A stretch of DNA of 64,000 nt from an uncultured Verrucomicrobiota bacterium (GTDB lineage Bacteria > Verrucomicrobiota > Verrucomicrobiia > Limisphaerales > UBA1319), in assembly GCA_964538065.1 (NCBI GenBank), contig CAZIDG010000001.1, positions 9,998 through 73,997 of the forward strand, read 5' to 3'. Shown here piece after piece: positions 39,568 through 49,424 of this stretch (its first letter is position 1; the number at the start of each line of letters is the position of its first letter). Under the pieces are notes generated by a model that was not told the DNA's origin, made no database searches, and was given only the letters and a program-made list of their open reading frames with translations. The position numbers and the translations under genes were made by a program.

Positions 39568-40566
39568 ATGATTATTCAAGCCAGGGCACATGCACGGGCC
39601 GGATTGGTGGGCAATCCGTCCGATGGCTATTTTGGTAAAACGATCTCCTTTATTGTGCGCAATTTTTGCGCCGAAGTCGATTTGTACGAATCACCTGAGT
39701 TGGAGATTGTGCCCAACGCCCGCGATCATTCACGTTTTAAGGACATTCATGCACTGGCCGAAGATGTACGGTCGTATGGGTATTACGGTGGGATCCGCCT
39801 GCTTAAGGCGACTGTAAAACGGTTTTATGATTACTGCCGTGATCAGTCAATCACCCTGGATCGGCGCAATTTCACGATCCGATATCGGACGAATATTCCC
39901 AGCCAGGTGGGGATGGCCGGATCCAGCGCCATCATCACGGCTTGTCTGCGCGCCCTGATGGCGTTTTATGGCGTGGAGATCCCCAAACCTGTTCAGGCCA
40001 GCCTTATCCTCTCGGTCGAAACCTGTGAGTTGGGCATTCCAGCGGGGTTGCAGGACCGGGTGATACAGGTTTACGAGGGCGTTGTGTACATGGATTTTAA
40101 CCGCGAGCACATGGAGCGCCATGGCTGCGGTCAGTATGAAGAACTCGATCCCCGGTTGCTGCCGCCGCTTTATGTGGCCTATCGGACGGATTTGTCCGAA
40201 GGCACGGAGGTGTTTCACAACGACATTCGGGGACGTTTCCAACGTGGAGAACCCGCTGTGGTGGAGGCCATGAAATTCTGGGCCAACCTGGCCGAGCAGG
40301 TCAGGGCATGTTTGTTGAAGCGCGACTGGGCGCCCATTCCGGCGCTCCTGAACAGCAATTTCGACAAGCGCCGGGAGATTTACAACATCAGCGAAGGCAA
40401 CATCCGCATGGTTGAGACGGCGCGATCCAGTGGCGCCAGCGCGAAGTTTACTGGCTCAGGTGGCGCCATCGTGGGCACCTACGAAGACGAGGCCATGTAT
40501 AAGCGCTTGGTGACGAATCTGGAAAAAATCAACGTCAAGGTTCTTAAACCGATTATTGTCCCATGA
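39568..40566 (+). CDS. GHMP-family sugar kinase, glucuronokinase-like
   Basis: [49 protein letters not shown] resembles plant glucuronokinase as I recall it. The GHMP motif is [15 protein letters not shown]. Confidence 0.65.
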   Translation: MIIQARAHARAGLVGNPSDGYFGKTISFIVRNFCAEVDLYESPELEIVPNARDHSRFKDIHALAEDVRSYGYYGGIRLLKATVKRFYDYCRDQSITLDRRNFTIRYRTNIPSQVGMAGSSAIITACLRALMAFYGVEIPKPVQASLILSVETCELGIPAGLQDRVIQVYEGVVYMDFNREHMERHGCGQYEELDPRLLPPLYVAYRTDLSEGTEVFHNDIRGRFQRGEPAVVEAMKFWANLAEQVRACLLKRDWAPIPALLNSNFDKRREIYNISEGNIRMVETARSSGASAKFTGSGGAIVGTYEDEAMYKRLVTNLEKINVKVLKPIIVP

Positions 40567-41438
40567 AATCCATTGTGCGCAAGGCCGTCATTCCAGCCGC
40601 GGGATTTGGCACCCGGTTTTTGCCGGCCTCCAAATCACAACCCAAGGAAATGCTCCCCATCGTGGATACTCCCACCATCCAATATGTGGTCGAGGAGGCG
40701 GTCAGCGCGGGCATCACGGACATATTGATGATCATCGGAAAGGGGAAACGGGCGATCGAGGAGCATTTTGACCGCAATTTCGAGCTTGAGTCCGAACTGG
40801 CTCAGAAAGGCCGCGAGGAGGAGCTGAAAGCCATCCGCCGCATTTCGGAGCAGGCCAATGTGCATTTTGTCTGGCAGAAACAGTTGCGCGGGTTGGGCGA
40901 TGCGGTCTCGTATGCACGGGATCATGTGGGCAACGAACCTTTCATGCTCCTTTTGGGAGATACTCTCATTCAATCCAAAGTGCCCGTTGCGAAGCGTTTG
41001 TTGGAGGTTTACCAACGGTACAATGAATCCGTGGTTTTGCTCGAACCCGTTGAACACTCGAAAGTGGACCGCTATGGGATCGTCGGGGGAAACAAGATCG
41101 AGGACAGCCTCTACCTGGTTAATACGCTGATTGAAAAGCCGCGCCCCTCCGAGGCGCCGTCCAACCTGGCCATTGCCGCCCGGTATGTGTTCAGCCCGAA
41201 GATTTTCGACTATCTGGCCAAAACGCCGCCCGGCAAAAACAACGAGATCCAGTTGACCGATGCCATGCGCCTCATGCTGCAGGATCGCGCGATGTATGGG
41301 CTGCTGTTTGACGGCAAACGGCACGATATTGGCAATAAACTCGATTTTCTCAAAACGAACGTCCTGTACGGCGTGGCTCGCAAGGATATCGGCCCTGAAT
41401 TCCGCAGGTTCATCAAGGAAATCGCTGCCGGTCTTTAG
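40563..41438 (+). CDS. galU: UTP--glucose-1-phosphate uridylyltransferase (GalU-type)
   Basis: [40 protein letters not shown]. Its ATG overlaps the stop of the upstream kinase (ATGA at 40563-40566). Confidence 0.9.
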   Translation: MKSIVRKAVIPAAGFGTRFLPASKSQPKEMLPIVDTPTIQYVVEEAVSAGITDILMIIGKGKRAIEEHFDRNFELESELAQKGREEELKAIRRISEQANVHFVWQKQLRGLGDAVSYARDHVGNEPFMLLLGDTLIQSKVPVAKRLLEVYQRYNESVVLLEPVEHSKVDRYGIVGGNKIEDSLYLVNTLIEKPRPSEAPSNLAIAARYVFSPKIFDYLAKTPPGKNNEIQLTDAMRLMLQDRAMYGLLFDGKRHDIGNKLDFLKTNVLYGVARKDIGPEFRRFIKEIAAGL

Positions 41439-42616
41439 TCGCCTGATTCGGAAGGCAAACGAATGAATTCCTGGGCGGCGCGGTCGGCATACCGCAAGCC
41501 TTGGGATGTCAGGCGAAATCCGGTGTCATCCATTTCCGCCCAACCTTGACGGACCAGACTTGCCATTTCCTTGCTCCAGTGCTCCCGCAGGTCAAGTCCG
41601 GTGAGAGCCTGGAAATCCTCGAATGGCCAACCCAGTGTCATTCGCAGACCAAATGCCGCCAATTCACCCGCCCGAGCCAGACCAGTCAAGGTTTCGCTGA
41701 ATTCGATGGGTGAGGATCCGTGCTCCATGGCCTCGCAATACTGGCGGGTGTTGGTGATGTTGCGGTATCGGCATCCATCGACATATCCCGTGGCACTGGG
41801 CCCCAGTCCGAAATAGCTTCCGCCGCGCCAATAATTCACGTTGTGCTTGCAGGCAAGCGAGGGCAGGGGAGTATGGGCCGGATTACGGGCAAAGTTCGAA
41901 ATTTCATATCGCATCACTCCGGCCGCCCCTGCCTTGTCCACCAACAGGTCGTACATGTCGCATGCCAGATCCTCATTAACATCGAACTGGCCTGCCTGCA
42001 GTTGCTCATAGAGGGGGGTGTCCTCTTCATAGGTGACTTCGTAGGACGAGAGGTGCTCGCTGCCCAGGGATAGAGTCTCGGCCAGCGTCGCTTTCCACAT
42101 CTCCAATGTCTGACCGGGGATGGCAAACATGAGGTCCAGGTTGATATTCTCAAAGCCGGCTTTTCGAAATAAGTCGTAGGATTCAAGGGCTTGTGCGCGG
42201 GTGTGAATGCGTCCGAGGCGGCTCAGGAAGGTGTCGTCCAACGATTGAATGCCCAGGGAAATCCGGTTCACCCCGTAATCCCTCCATAGCCGGGCCTTGT
42301 CCGCATCGACCGTGGCCGGGTTGCATTCGATGGTGAATTCCTCCGCAGTCAGGAAATCGAGTTGTTCAAGACGCTTCAGGATCAATTGCCAGTGGTTCAT
42401 GCCCAGCAAAGAAGGTGTCCCGCCGCCGAAAAAGATGGTCCGCGGCTTCAGGAGCGGCGCGGCCAGCTCCAACTCCTTGAGAAGGGCATTCGTATAGCGG
42501 TCCATTTCTCCCTGGCCGGGTACCTCCGAGTAAAAGGCACAATACAGACATTTGTGCGCGCAAAACGGCACATGCACGTAAAGACTGTTGACCCAACCTG
42601 TTGTCGGTGCGGACAT
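41435..42616 (-). CDS. hemW: radical SAM heme chaperone HemW (HemN-like)
   Basis: LYVHVPFCAHKCLYCAF (CxxxCxxC), FFGGGTPS, and an HemN_C-like C-terminus. Confidence 0.85.
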   Translation of the reverse strand: MSAPTTGWVNSLYVHVPFCAHKCLYCAFYSEVPGQGEMDRYTNALLKELELAAPLLKPRTIFFGGGTPSLLGMNHWQLILKRLEQLDFLTAEEFTIECNPATVDADKARLWRDYGVNRISLGIQSLDDTFLSRLGRIHTRAQALESYDLFRKAGFENINLDLMFAIPGQTLEMWKATLAETLSLGSEHLSSYEVTYEEDTPLYEQLQAGQFDVNEDLACDMYDLLVDKAGAAGVMRYEISNFARNPAHTPLPSLACKHNVNYWRGGSYFGLGPSATGYVDGCRYRNITNTRQYCEAMEHGSSPIEFSETLTGLARAGELAAFGLRMTLGWPFEDFQALTGLDLREHWSKEMASLVRQGWAEMDDTGFRLTSQGLRYADRAAQEFIRLPSESGD

Positions 42617-42730
42617 CTCCAGCCACTCTAAAGGAAATCACCCTTCTTGGCCAGCGGGGCGTGTCTCGTCAGGATGCGTCAAGGTCCCTGGCGAGGACTG
42701 GAGTGCATGCGTTGACAGACTGCAATGAGT

Positions 42731-42764
42731 CAGGCGCCGGATCACTCGAAAGGATCGGCGCCTG
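42731..42764 (-). terminator. strong hairpin 35 nt downstream of the LVIVD gene stop; no clear U-tract
   Basis: caggcgccggatc (42731-42743) pairs with gatcggcgcctg (42753-42764), with one bulge. Confidence 0.4.
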
Positions 42765-42801
42765 TCTCGTTCATAGCTATACGGCGATTCTATCTGTGAT
42801 C

Positions 42802-44898
42802 CTACGGGGCTTTGATCAAGCGGAAGAATCTTGTTGCCGTTGACGAAGGCTGGACTGGAATGCTGAGCTTTTCGCAGCTTCCATCCAAATTAGTCCAACA
42901 ATTCCACTGCACCATGTCCTCAGAGGTCTCGATATTATACGAAGTGCCAGTGAGCATTCCTTGCGCATTCAGCAACACCGCATCTTGGTCGCGTGCGATC
43001 GAGAGAGTTGGGGATGCCTTTGTGTTCAGGATTACCAGGCCGCGGAAAGAACCTGTCATGTAAACCTGGTCGTCCACCACCTGAATGGCACCACCGTATT
43101 CCTCGGTGTTAAAGCTGCCCACAACGGTGGGATTGTTTGGAATACTTATGTCGATAATCTTAAACCCACTTGGTGCAGGGGCTACATAAAGCAAATTGCC
43201 TGCGAGTTTGATATCATACACGGTTTCGCCAAGGTTGACGCTCCCAACACACACAGGTTGTTCCGGGTGGTTCACATCAATAATCTGGATACTGTCGGTG
43301 TTAACCCTCACACAAGCCAGTTGTCCTGAAATTTGAACTTGGTATGCATAACCTCCCGTATTAAAGCTTCCAACACGCACGGGTTGGTCAGGATGGCTTA
43401 CGTCAATGATCTGAAGGCCATTTGTGCCGTCAGCAATAAACGCAAGACTGTTGGTCACTTGAATTTCATAAGCGCTCCCGCCCAGGGCTAAGCTGCCGAT
43501 TAGGACAAGTTGATTGGTTTGGCTTACATCAATAATTTGCAGACCTGCATCGCCCGAGGCTACGTAGGCCAAATTATTGACGACTTGCACATCCCTGGCT
43601 AATCCGCTGGTCTTGAAGCCGCCTGCATGAACTGGCTGTGCGGGATTGCTCACATTCATTATCTCCAAGCCACCAGAGCCAGCGGCGAAATATGCAAAAT
43701 GCCCCACAGCTTTGATGGCAGAGACTTTGTGTTCAGTAAAAGATGCTTCCCCGCTGGTAAAAACATGCCCCCGCCGTACCGGGTGGACGGGATCGCTGAT
43801 ATCAATGAGTTGGAGACCGTTGAAATAGTCGATCAAAAAGACTGTATTTCCCGCTACAGCAATACAATTAATGCTCGTACCATAGGGAAGGTCGCCCACT
43901 TGTTTGGGAGTGGCTGGCTGGCTGATATCAATGACTTGGAGGCCGCCTACATTATCAGCGATATAGGCGAGGTTGTTTTCCAAACAAAGGTCATATGCAA
44001 ATCCGCAGGTATCAATATTTCCCATACGCACGGGATTGCTGGGATTGCTCACATCAATGATTTCTAATCCAGCAAAGTAATCCGCCACATAAGCGGTGGT
44101 ACCTTTCACTTGAATGCCATAGGCATACCCACTGGTTTTCAGAGATCCCAACCGCACAGGATCATGAGGATTACTCACATCAATGATCAGCAAACCATCC
44201 CTTTCAGTAGCCACGAATGCCAAGGAATCCACTACCTGGACGCTAAAAGCACTTATGGAGTTGACGGTGCTTATGCATACGGGGGCATCGGGGTGGCTGA
44301 TGTCGATAATGCTCAATTTCCCCTCCGCTACATAAGCGAGGTTATCTACTACTTTTACTCTGTGCGGATAACCACCGGTGCTGATACCGCCGAGACGCTG
44401 GGGTTGTTCTGGATGACTGACATCGATGATTTGGAGGCCATTCAACATATCTGCAAGGTACGCGAGGTTGCCCACGACATGAACACCACGAACTGCGCCG
44501 TGCGTATCATAGGTCCCCACTCGTACAGGGTTGGTGGGGACGGATACATCGATGATCTCCAAGCCCGCTGTATATTCTGCCACATAGGCAAGATTTCCAA
44601 CGACTTGCACATCATACGTTAAGCTTGCAGTCTGGTAACTGCTTATAAGGGTTGGTTGCTCTGGATGGCTCACGTCCAGAAGATACAGACCTCCTTCGCC
44701 CGCAGCCACGTAGGCGATGTTGTTGGTGACAACAACGGCATGAGTACAACCCTGTGGATAACCAGGCCACTCTCCCATTAGTGTAACGTCATAAGCCTGG
44801 CTTGCCTGGAGATCATGCAATCCACTGACTCCGACGAGAATCAGCACGAGGATCCAGGATTTGACAAACGATAATTTGCTCAGGAATGAGGTATTCAT
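42802..44898 (-). CDS. secreted LVIVD-repeat beta-propeller protein with a C-terminal tail domain
   Basis: Signal-like MNTSFLSKLSFVKSWILVLILVGVSG. About 13-14 repeats of roughly 44 aa with the pattern NLAYVA..GL.IIDVS.P..P. It ends TRFFRLIKAP. Confidence 0.85.
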   Translation of the reverse strand: MNTSFLSKLSFVKSWILVLILVGVSGLHDLQASQAYDVTLMGEWPGYPQGCTHAVVVTNNIAYVAAGEGGLYLLDVSHPEQPTLISSYQTASLTYDVQVVGNLAYVAEYTAGLEIIDVSVPTNPVRVGTYDTHGAVRGVHVVGNLAYLADMLNGLQIIDVSHPEQPQRLGGISTGGYPHRVKVVDNLAYVAEGKLSIIDISHPDAPVCISTVNSISAFSVQVVDSLAFVATERDGLLIIDVSNPHDPVRLGSLKTSGYAYGIQVKGTTAYVADYFAGLEIIDVSNPSNPVRMGNIDTCGFAYDLCLENNLAYIADNVGGLQVIDISQPATPKQVGDLPYGTSINCIAVAGNTVFLIDYFNGLQLIDISDPVHPVRRGHVFTSGEASFTEHKVSAIKAVGHFAYFAAGSGGLEIMNVSNPAQPVHAGGFKTSGLARDVQVVNNLAYVASGDAGLQIIDVSQTNQLVLIGSLALGGSAYEIQVTNSLAFIADGTNGLQIIDVSHPDQPVRVGSFNTGGYAYQVQISGQLACVRVNTDSIQIIDVNHPEQPVCVGSVNLGETVYDIKLAGNLLYVAPAPSGFKIIDISIPNNPTVVGSFNTEEYGGAIQVVDDQVYMTGSFRGLVILNTKASPTLSIARDQDAVLLNAQGMLTGTSYNIETSEDMVQWNCWTNLDGSCEKLSIPVQPSSTATRFFRLIKAP
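43040..44760 (-). repeat. about 13-14 tandem LVIVD-type repeats (protein level; diverged at DNA level)
   Basis: Recurring IIDVSHPEQP, IIDVSNPHDP, IIDISHPDAP, VIDISQPATP and similar at roughly 130-nt spacing. Confidence 0.8.
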
Positions 44899-45132
44899 AT
44901 TTCATTTCATTAGGTTCCCCAGTGGCGAGGAACGATTTACTCTCAACCGGATTGTAGTATCCGTCAAGGATGGCATGGCTGTCAATAAAATTATGGAATC
45001 CCAATCGCTTTTTTGCTTTTTCCCCAGGCGGTTCATGAGTGCGTTCAGGCCATCTTGTGCTATAGTGGCGCTTCTGGTTGGGTCTTGACGCTGGATGTGG
45101 CATGGCGCACAACTCACCGGGCAGTAGTTTGA

Positions 45133-46326
45133 ATGACACCTCGAAGACTTAAATTTGGGTACTATGTTCTTGAAGGAATTAACTCGTTTGCAACGGGTTA
45201 CTTCATAAATTACCTGTTTTTCATCCTGCACGAACGCCATGGGTTCACCAGTGCGGGCAACCTGGGCGTATCTGCGCTCAATGGTTTTGTCTACATGTTC
45301 GGCTCTCTTTTGGCCGGACGGTTTGCGCAGCGTTTTGGGTATTATACCGCTCTACGGATCGGTTTTTCCGGAATGGCACTTGCTTTATTGGTGGGCAGCC
45401 AGATACCCACCGTGGGAGGGTGTCTGGGGACGGTCATTTTCTGGACGTTGGGCATGTGTTTTACCTGGCCAGCCTTGGAAGCCCTGGTCAGCGAGGGAGA
45501 GAATACTCACGGGCTCCAGAACATGGTGGGGATGTACAACATAGTGTGGGCGGGCACTGCGGCACTGGCTTATTTTGCAGGAGGCGTCTTGATCGGGCTT
45601 TTGGGGGAGAAGAGTCTTTATTGGCTGCCCATCTTGATGCATATATCGCAACTTTTCCTTTTGGAATGGCTGGCTTCCTGGTCGGCACGAATACGCCTTT
45701 TGCATGCGCCAAGAGAAGCGGTGTTGCAGGGAGCAGCACCTGCCGATCCTCAAGTGGAAGTGCCTCAGAGCGCTGTTTTTCTTAAAATGGCCTGGATTGC
45801 CAATCCCTTTGCGTACATGGCCATCAATACTCTTTTGCCACTCATTCCCGATCTGGCCAAACGCATGAATCTTTCCATGGCCATGGCGGGTGTGTTTTGT
45901 TCCCTGTGGTTTTTTGCGCGCATGGCTTCTTTTGTACTCTTCTGGCGGTGGCCAGGATGGCACTACAAGTTCCGGTGGCTCGTTGCTGCCTACGTGATGA
46001 TGCTGTTGAGTTTTTTGATCATCCTGCTGGGGCCGTGGCTCTGGCTGGTTATTGCGGCGCAGATCATTTTTGGATTTTCCATCGGTTTGATGTATTATTC
46101 TTCCTTGTATTATTCGATGCATGTGGGTGAAACCAAGGGTGAGCATGGTGGCTTCCATGAAGCAGCCATTGGTTTGGGGGTGTTTGTTGGGCCCACAGTG
46201 GGTGCCAGCTTCCTGCATCTTGTCCCGGATCAACCGTATGTCGGTCCCTGGGCAGTGGGAGCCTTGTTGCTGATGGGCGGGATATTCATGACGGGTGTCC
46301 GGTGGTGGCACATACGCAGGATTTGA
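45133..46326 (+). CDS. MFS transporter
   Basis: About 12 TM helices; the LAGRFAQRFGY loop motif after TM2 is typical of MFS. Confidence 0.75.
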   Translation: MTPRRLKFGYYVLEGINSFATGYFINYLFFILHERHGFTSAGNLGVSALNGFVYMFGSLLAGRFAQRFGYYTALRIGFSGMALALLVGSQIPTVGGCLGTVIFWTLGMCFTWPALEALVSEGENTHGLQNMVGMYNIVWAGTAALAYFAGGVLIGLLGEKSLYWLPILMHISQLFLLEWLASWSARIRLLHAPREAVLQGAAPADPQVEVPQSAVFLKMAWIANPFAYMAINTLLPLIPDLAKRMNLSMAMAGVFCSLWFFARMASFVLFWRWPGWHYKFRWLVAAYVMMLLSFLIILLGPWLWLVIAAQIIFGFSIGLMYYSSLYYSMHVGETKGEHGGFHEAAIGLGVFVGPTVGASFLHLVPDQPYVGPWAVGALLLMGGIFMTGVRWWHIRRI

Positions 46327-46426
46327 CGTACACTTGCCCGAAAGGCATCGGATTTCAAAGAGGCCATGGTGAGCTCCTCTCATGAGGAGACAGCGGTCTC
46401 GTTGGTTTGAACCAGACCACAAGCAT

Positions 46427-47200
46427 ATGGTGTTACCATTATCGGGGAAAACAGGAATCGTGTTCGGGGTTGCCAACAAACGCTCCATAGCCTGGGCCAT
46501 TGCCCAGGCCTGGCATGCTGCTGGGGCGCAATTGGCGTTTACATTTCAAGGGGAGCGTTTGCGGGACAATGTCCTGGAGCTCACCGCCGAGCTGGGCGGT
46601 GACATCCCGGTCCTGGCCTGCGATGTCACCAGGGATGAGGACATTGCAGGCGTGTTTGAGGAGGTTAAAAGGCGGTTCAGCAAGCTTGATTTAATGCTCC
46701 ATTCCATTGCTTTTGCCCCCAAACAGGCCTTGGAAGGGGAGTTTATCCAAACAGATCGCGAGGCGTTTCGTGTTGCCATGGATGTCAGTGCCTATTCGTT
46801 GGTTGCCCTGGCACGACAGGCCGCCCCCCTCATGACCGATGGAGGGAGCATCGTGGCCATGAGCTATTACGGCGCGGAGAAAGTGGTGCCGCATTACAAC
46901 ATGATGGGTGTGGCCAAGGCCGCCTTGGAGGCCAGCACCCGCTATCTGGCCTATGATTTGGGCCCACGCAGAATCCGCGTGAACTGCATCAGCGCAGGGC
47001 CAGTGAACACGCTTGCCGCGCGCGGAATCGCCGGCTTTACAGACATGCTCAAGCATTATGAAGCCCATGCACCCTTGCGACGGAATGTGCTTCCGGAAGA
47101 GTTGGGGGCAACAGGCGTTTTTCTCGCCAGCGATGGCTCCGCAGCCATGACAGGGCAGGTGCTCTATGTGGATGGCGGCTATCAAATCATGGGCATGTAA
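46427..47200 (+). CDS. fabI: enoyl-[acyl-carrier-protein] reductase (NADH), FabI
   Basis: ATG 46427 gives LSGKTGIVFGVANKRSIAWAIA; YYGAEKVVPHYNMMGVAKAALE (Y-x6-K); VNCISAGPVNTLAA. Confidence 0.92.
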   Translation: MVLPLSGKTGIVFGVANKRSIAWAIAQAWHAAGAQLAFTFQGERLRDNVLELTAELGGDIPVLACDVTRDEDIAGVFEEVKRRFSKLDLMLHSIAFAPKQALEGEFIQTDREAFRVAMDVSAYSLVALARQAAPLMTDGGSIVAMSYYGAEKVVPHYNMMGVAKAALEASTRYLAYDLGPRRIRVNCISAGPVNTLAARGIAGFTDMLKHYEAHAPLRRNVLPEELGATGVFLASDGSAAMTGQVLYVDGGYQIMGM

Positions 47201-47230
47201 ATGTAAAGACGAGCCTCATTTCCACTCCTG

Positions 47231-48331
47231 ATGATAGACATGAACGATTCCGAGACCGGTCCACAGAATATCGACAGTTCTTCCGATGCACCCAAGCATC
47301 GTCGTCGTCCCCGATATGCAGGGACACACCCCCGTCGTTTTTCCGACAAATACAAGGAGCACCATCCGGAAATGTATCCGGAGACGGTGCAAAAGGTCAT
47401 GGCTTCGGGCAAAACACCTGCCGGCATGCACCGTCCCATCTGTGTCCGCGAGATCATCGACATACTACAGCCCAGGCCTGGTCAGACTGTGGTCGATGCC
47501 ACATTGGGCTATGGGGGGCATGCATCTGAATTGCTCAAGCATGTCCTTCCGGGGGGCCATCTGATTGGCTTGGATCGCGATCCTCTGGAGATGGAGAAAA
47601 CCCGGGTGCGGTTGGTCGCGGCTGGATTTTCGATCGATTCCTTTGAGGCGGTCCGCTCCAATTTTGCGGGTCTTCCTGCTGTATTGGCCCAAAGGGGCCT
47701 GAAGGGGGTGGACATGGTGCTGGCTGATCTGGGGTGTTCCTCAATGCAATATGACAATCCTGATCGGGGTTTTTCCTACAAATTGGACGGGCCGCTGGAT
47801 ATGCGGATGAACCCCGCCAAGGGCTTTCCGGCTTCAGCGCTTCTCAATAAACTCAGCGAAACCAAGCTCGTTGGCCTGTTCAAAGATAATGCCGATGAAC
47901 CTGAGGCCGCGCGAGTGGCGGCGGCCATAGTGCACCAGCGAGATTCAAGGCCGCTGACCACCACGACCGATCTGGCTGAAATAGTGCGTCAGGCGCTGGC
48001 ACCCTTGACCAAATACCGCGACAAGGAGGAAATGGACGCCTGCTTGAAGCGCGTGTTTCAGGCGGTGCGTATCGCCATCAACGATGAATTCAGCGCGTTG
48101 GACACGTTTTTGCGTATCCTGCCTTCCTGCCTCAAGCCCGGAGGGCGGGTGGCTATTCTGACGTTTCATTCAGGCGAGGATCGGCGTGTTAAAAAGGCCT
48201 TTGAAGCCAGTTTGCAGGAGGGAGCCTACATGAAAATTGCCCAGGAGGTCATCCGGCCCTCGACCGAGGAGGTGCGGTTCAATCCCCGGGCTTCGAGCGC
48301 CAAATTGCGCTGGGCCGTTGCATCCCGTTGA
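47231..48331 (+). CDS. rsmH: 16S rRNA (cytosine1402-N4)-methyltransferase RsmH with a basic N-terminal extension
   Basis: H.P.CVREIIDIL..VVDATLGYGGHA..LADLGCSSMQYD..FHSGEDRRVK. Confidence 0.9.
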   Translation: MIDMNDSETGPQNIDSSSDAPKHRRRPRYAGTHPRRFSDKYKEHHPEMYPETVQKVMASGKTPAGMHRPICVREIIDILQPRPGQTVVDATLGYGGHASELLKHVLPGGHLIGLDRDPLEMEKTRVRLVAAGFSIDSFEAVRSNFAGLPAVLAQRGLKGVDMVLADLGCSSMQYDNPDRGFSYKLDGPLDMRMNPAKGFPASALLNKLSETKLVGLFKDNADEPEAARVAAAIVHQRDSRPLTTTTDLAEIVRQALAPLTKYRDKEEMDACLKRVFQAVRIAINDEFSALDTFLRILPSCLKPGGRVAILTFHSGEDRRVKKAFEASLQEGAYMKIAQEVIRPSTEEVRFNPRASSAKLRWAVASR

Positions 48332-49356
48332 CACCTTGGATAGAATCACACCTTGTGAATGTATTCAGTGGTTCGTTTCCGCAGTACAGGCCCCGGCGCT
48401 TGCGTCAGGGTGCAGCCTTGAGGCAAATGGTTTGCGAGACGCGATTAAGCGCCGAGCAACTGGTGCTCCCATTCTTTGCCCGTTTTGGCAAAGGACTGCG
48501 CCAGCCCGTCAGATCCATGCCGGGGGTGTTTCAATTGTCTCCGGACCAACTGCTTAAGAACGTCACCGATGCCTACAAGGCTGGCGTGCCTGCCGTGCTC
48601 TTGTTCGGCATTCCTGATCGCAAAGATGAGAAGGCCAGCGGGGCGTACGCGGCCCAGGGAATTGTGCCCACTGCGATCCGATTGCTCAAAAAGGAGATGC
48701 CCGACCTGTTGGTGGTTGCTGATGTCTGCCTGTGCGAATACATGAGCCATGGCCACTGTGGTTTGGTCAAGAAGACACCCCGCGGCGTTATCATTGACAA
48801 CGATCCCAGCCTGAAGCTTTTGGCTCGCGCCTCGGTGGCTTACGCGGAAGCGGGCGCCGATATCATCGCTCCCAGTGATATGATGGACGGGCGCATTGGA
48901 GCCATTCGCGCTGCGCTTGACCACGAAGGTTTTGAAGACACGCCCATCATGTCCTACGCCGCCAAATTCGCCTCGGCCTATTACGGGCCGTTTCGCGATG
49001 CGGCGGAATCCGCGCCCAAGTTCGGGGATCGTCGCAGCTACCAGATGGAGGCGGCCAATGGCAATGAGGCTCTGCGTGAAGTAGCCATGGACATCCAGGA
49101 AGGGGCCGACATCGTCATGGTCAAGCCGGCGTTGGCGTACATGGATTTAATTTACAGGGTCAAGAGCACGTTTGGCTATCCCACCGCGGCCTATTCAGTG
49201 AGCGCCGAGTATTCCATGATCAAAGCGGCGGCGGCACAAGGATGGGTGGATGAGAAAAGAATCGTCCTGGAGAGCCTTCTAGGCATGCGCCGTGCAGGGG
49301 CGGACATTATCATCACCTACCACGCCGCTGATGTGGCGCGCTGGCTGAAGGGTTAA
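48328..49356 (+). CDS. hemB: porphobilinogen synthase (zinc-type)
   Basis: RPRRLR, DVCLCEYMSHGHCG (Zn cysteines), SYAAKFASAYYGPFRDA, IVMVKPA. The start is uncertain: TTG 48328 overlaps the rsmH stop, and GTG 48355 is an alternative. Confidence 0.9.
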   Translation: MTPWIESHLVNVFSGSFPQYRPRRLRQGAALRQMVCETRLSAEQLVLPFFARFGKGLRQPVRSMPGVFQLSPDQLLKNVTDAYKAGVPAVLLFGIPDRKDEKASGAYAAQGIVPTAIRLLKKEMPDLLVVADVCLCEYMSHGHCGLVKKTPRGVIIDNDPSLKLLARASVAYAEAGADIIAPSDMMDGRIGAIRAALDHEGFEDTPIMSYAAKFASAYYGPFRDAAESAPKFGDRRSYQMEAANGNEALREVAMDIQEGADIVMVKPALAYMDLIYRVKSTFGYPTAAYSVSAEYSMIKAAAAQGWVDEKRIVLESLLGMRRAGADIIITYHAADVARWLKG

Positions 49357-49382
49357 CGGTAACAAATCGAACTATCTTGAAG

Positions 49383-49424
49383 CAGCCATCTCCTCAACAC
49401 AATGAGGGGGTGGCTGTCTTAATT
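49383..49424 (+). terminator. hairpin terminator after hemB
   Basis: 13-bp stem (2 G-U pairs): cagccatctcctc (49383-49395) with gagggggtggctg (49404-49416), then tcttaatt. Confidence 0.45.
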
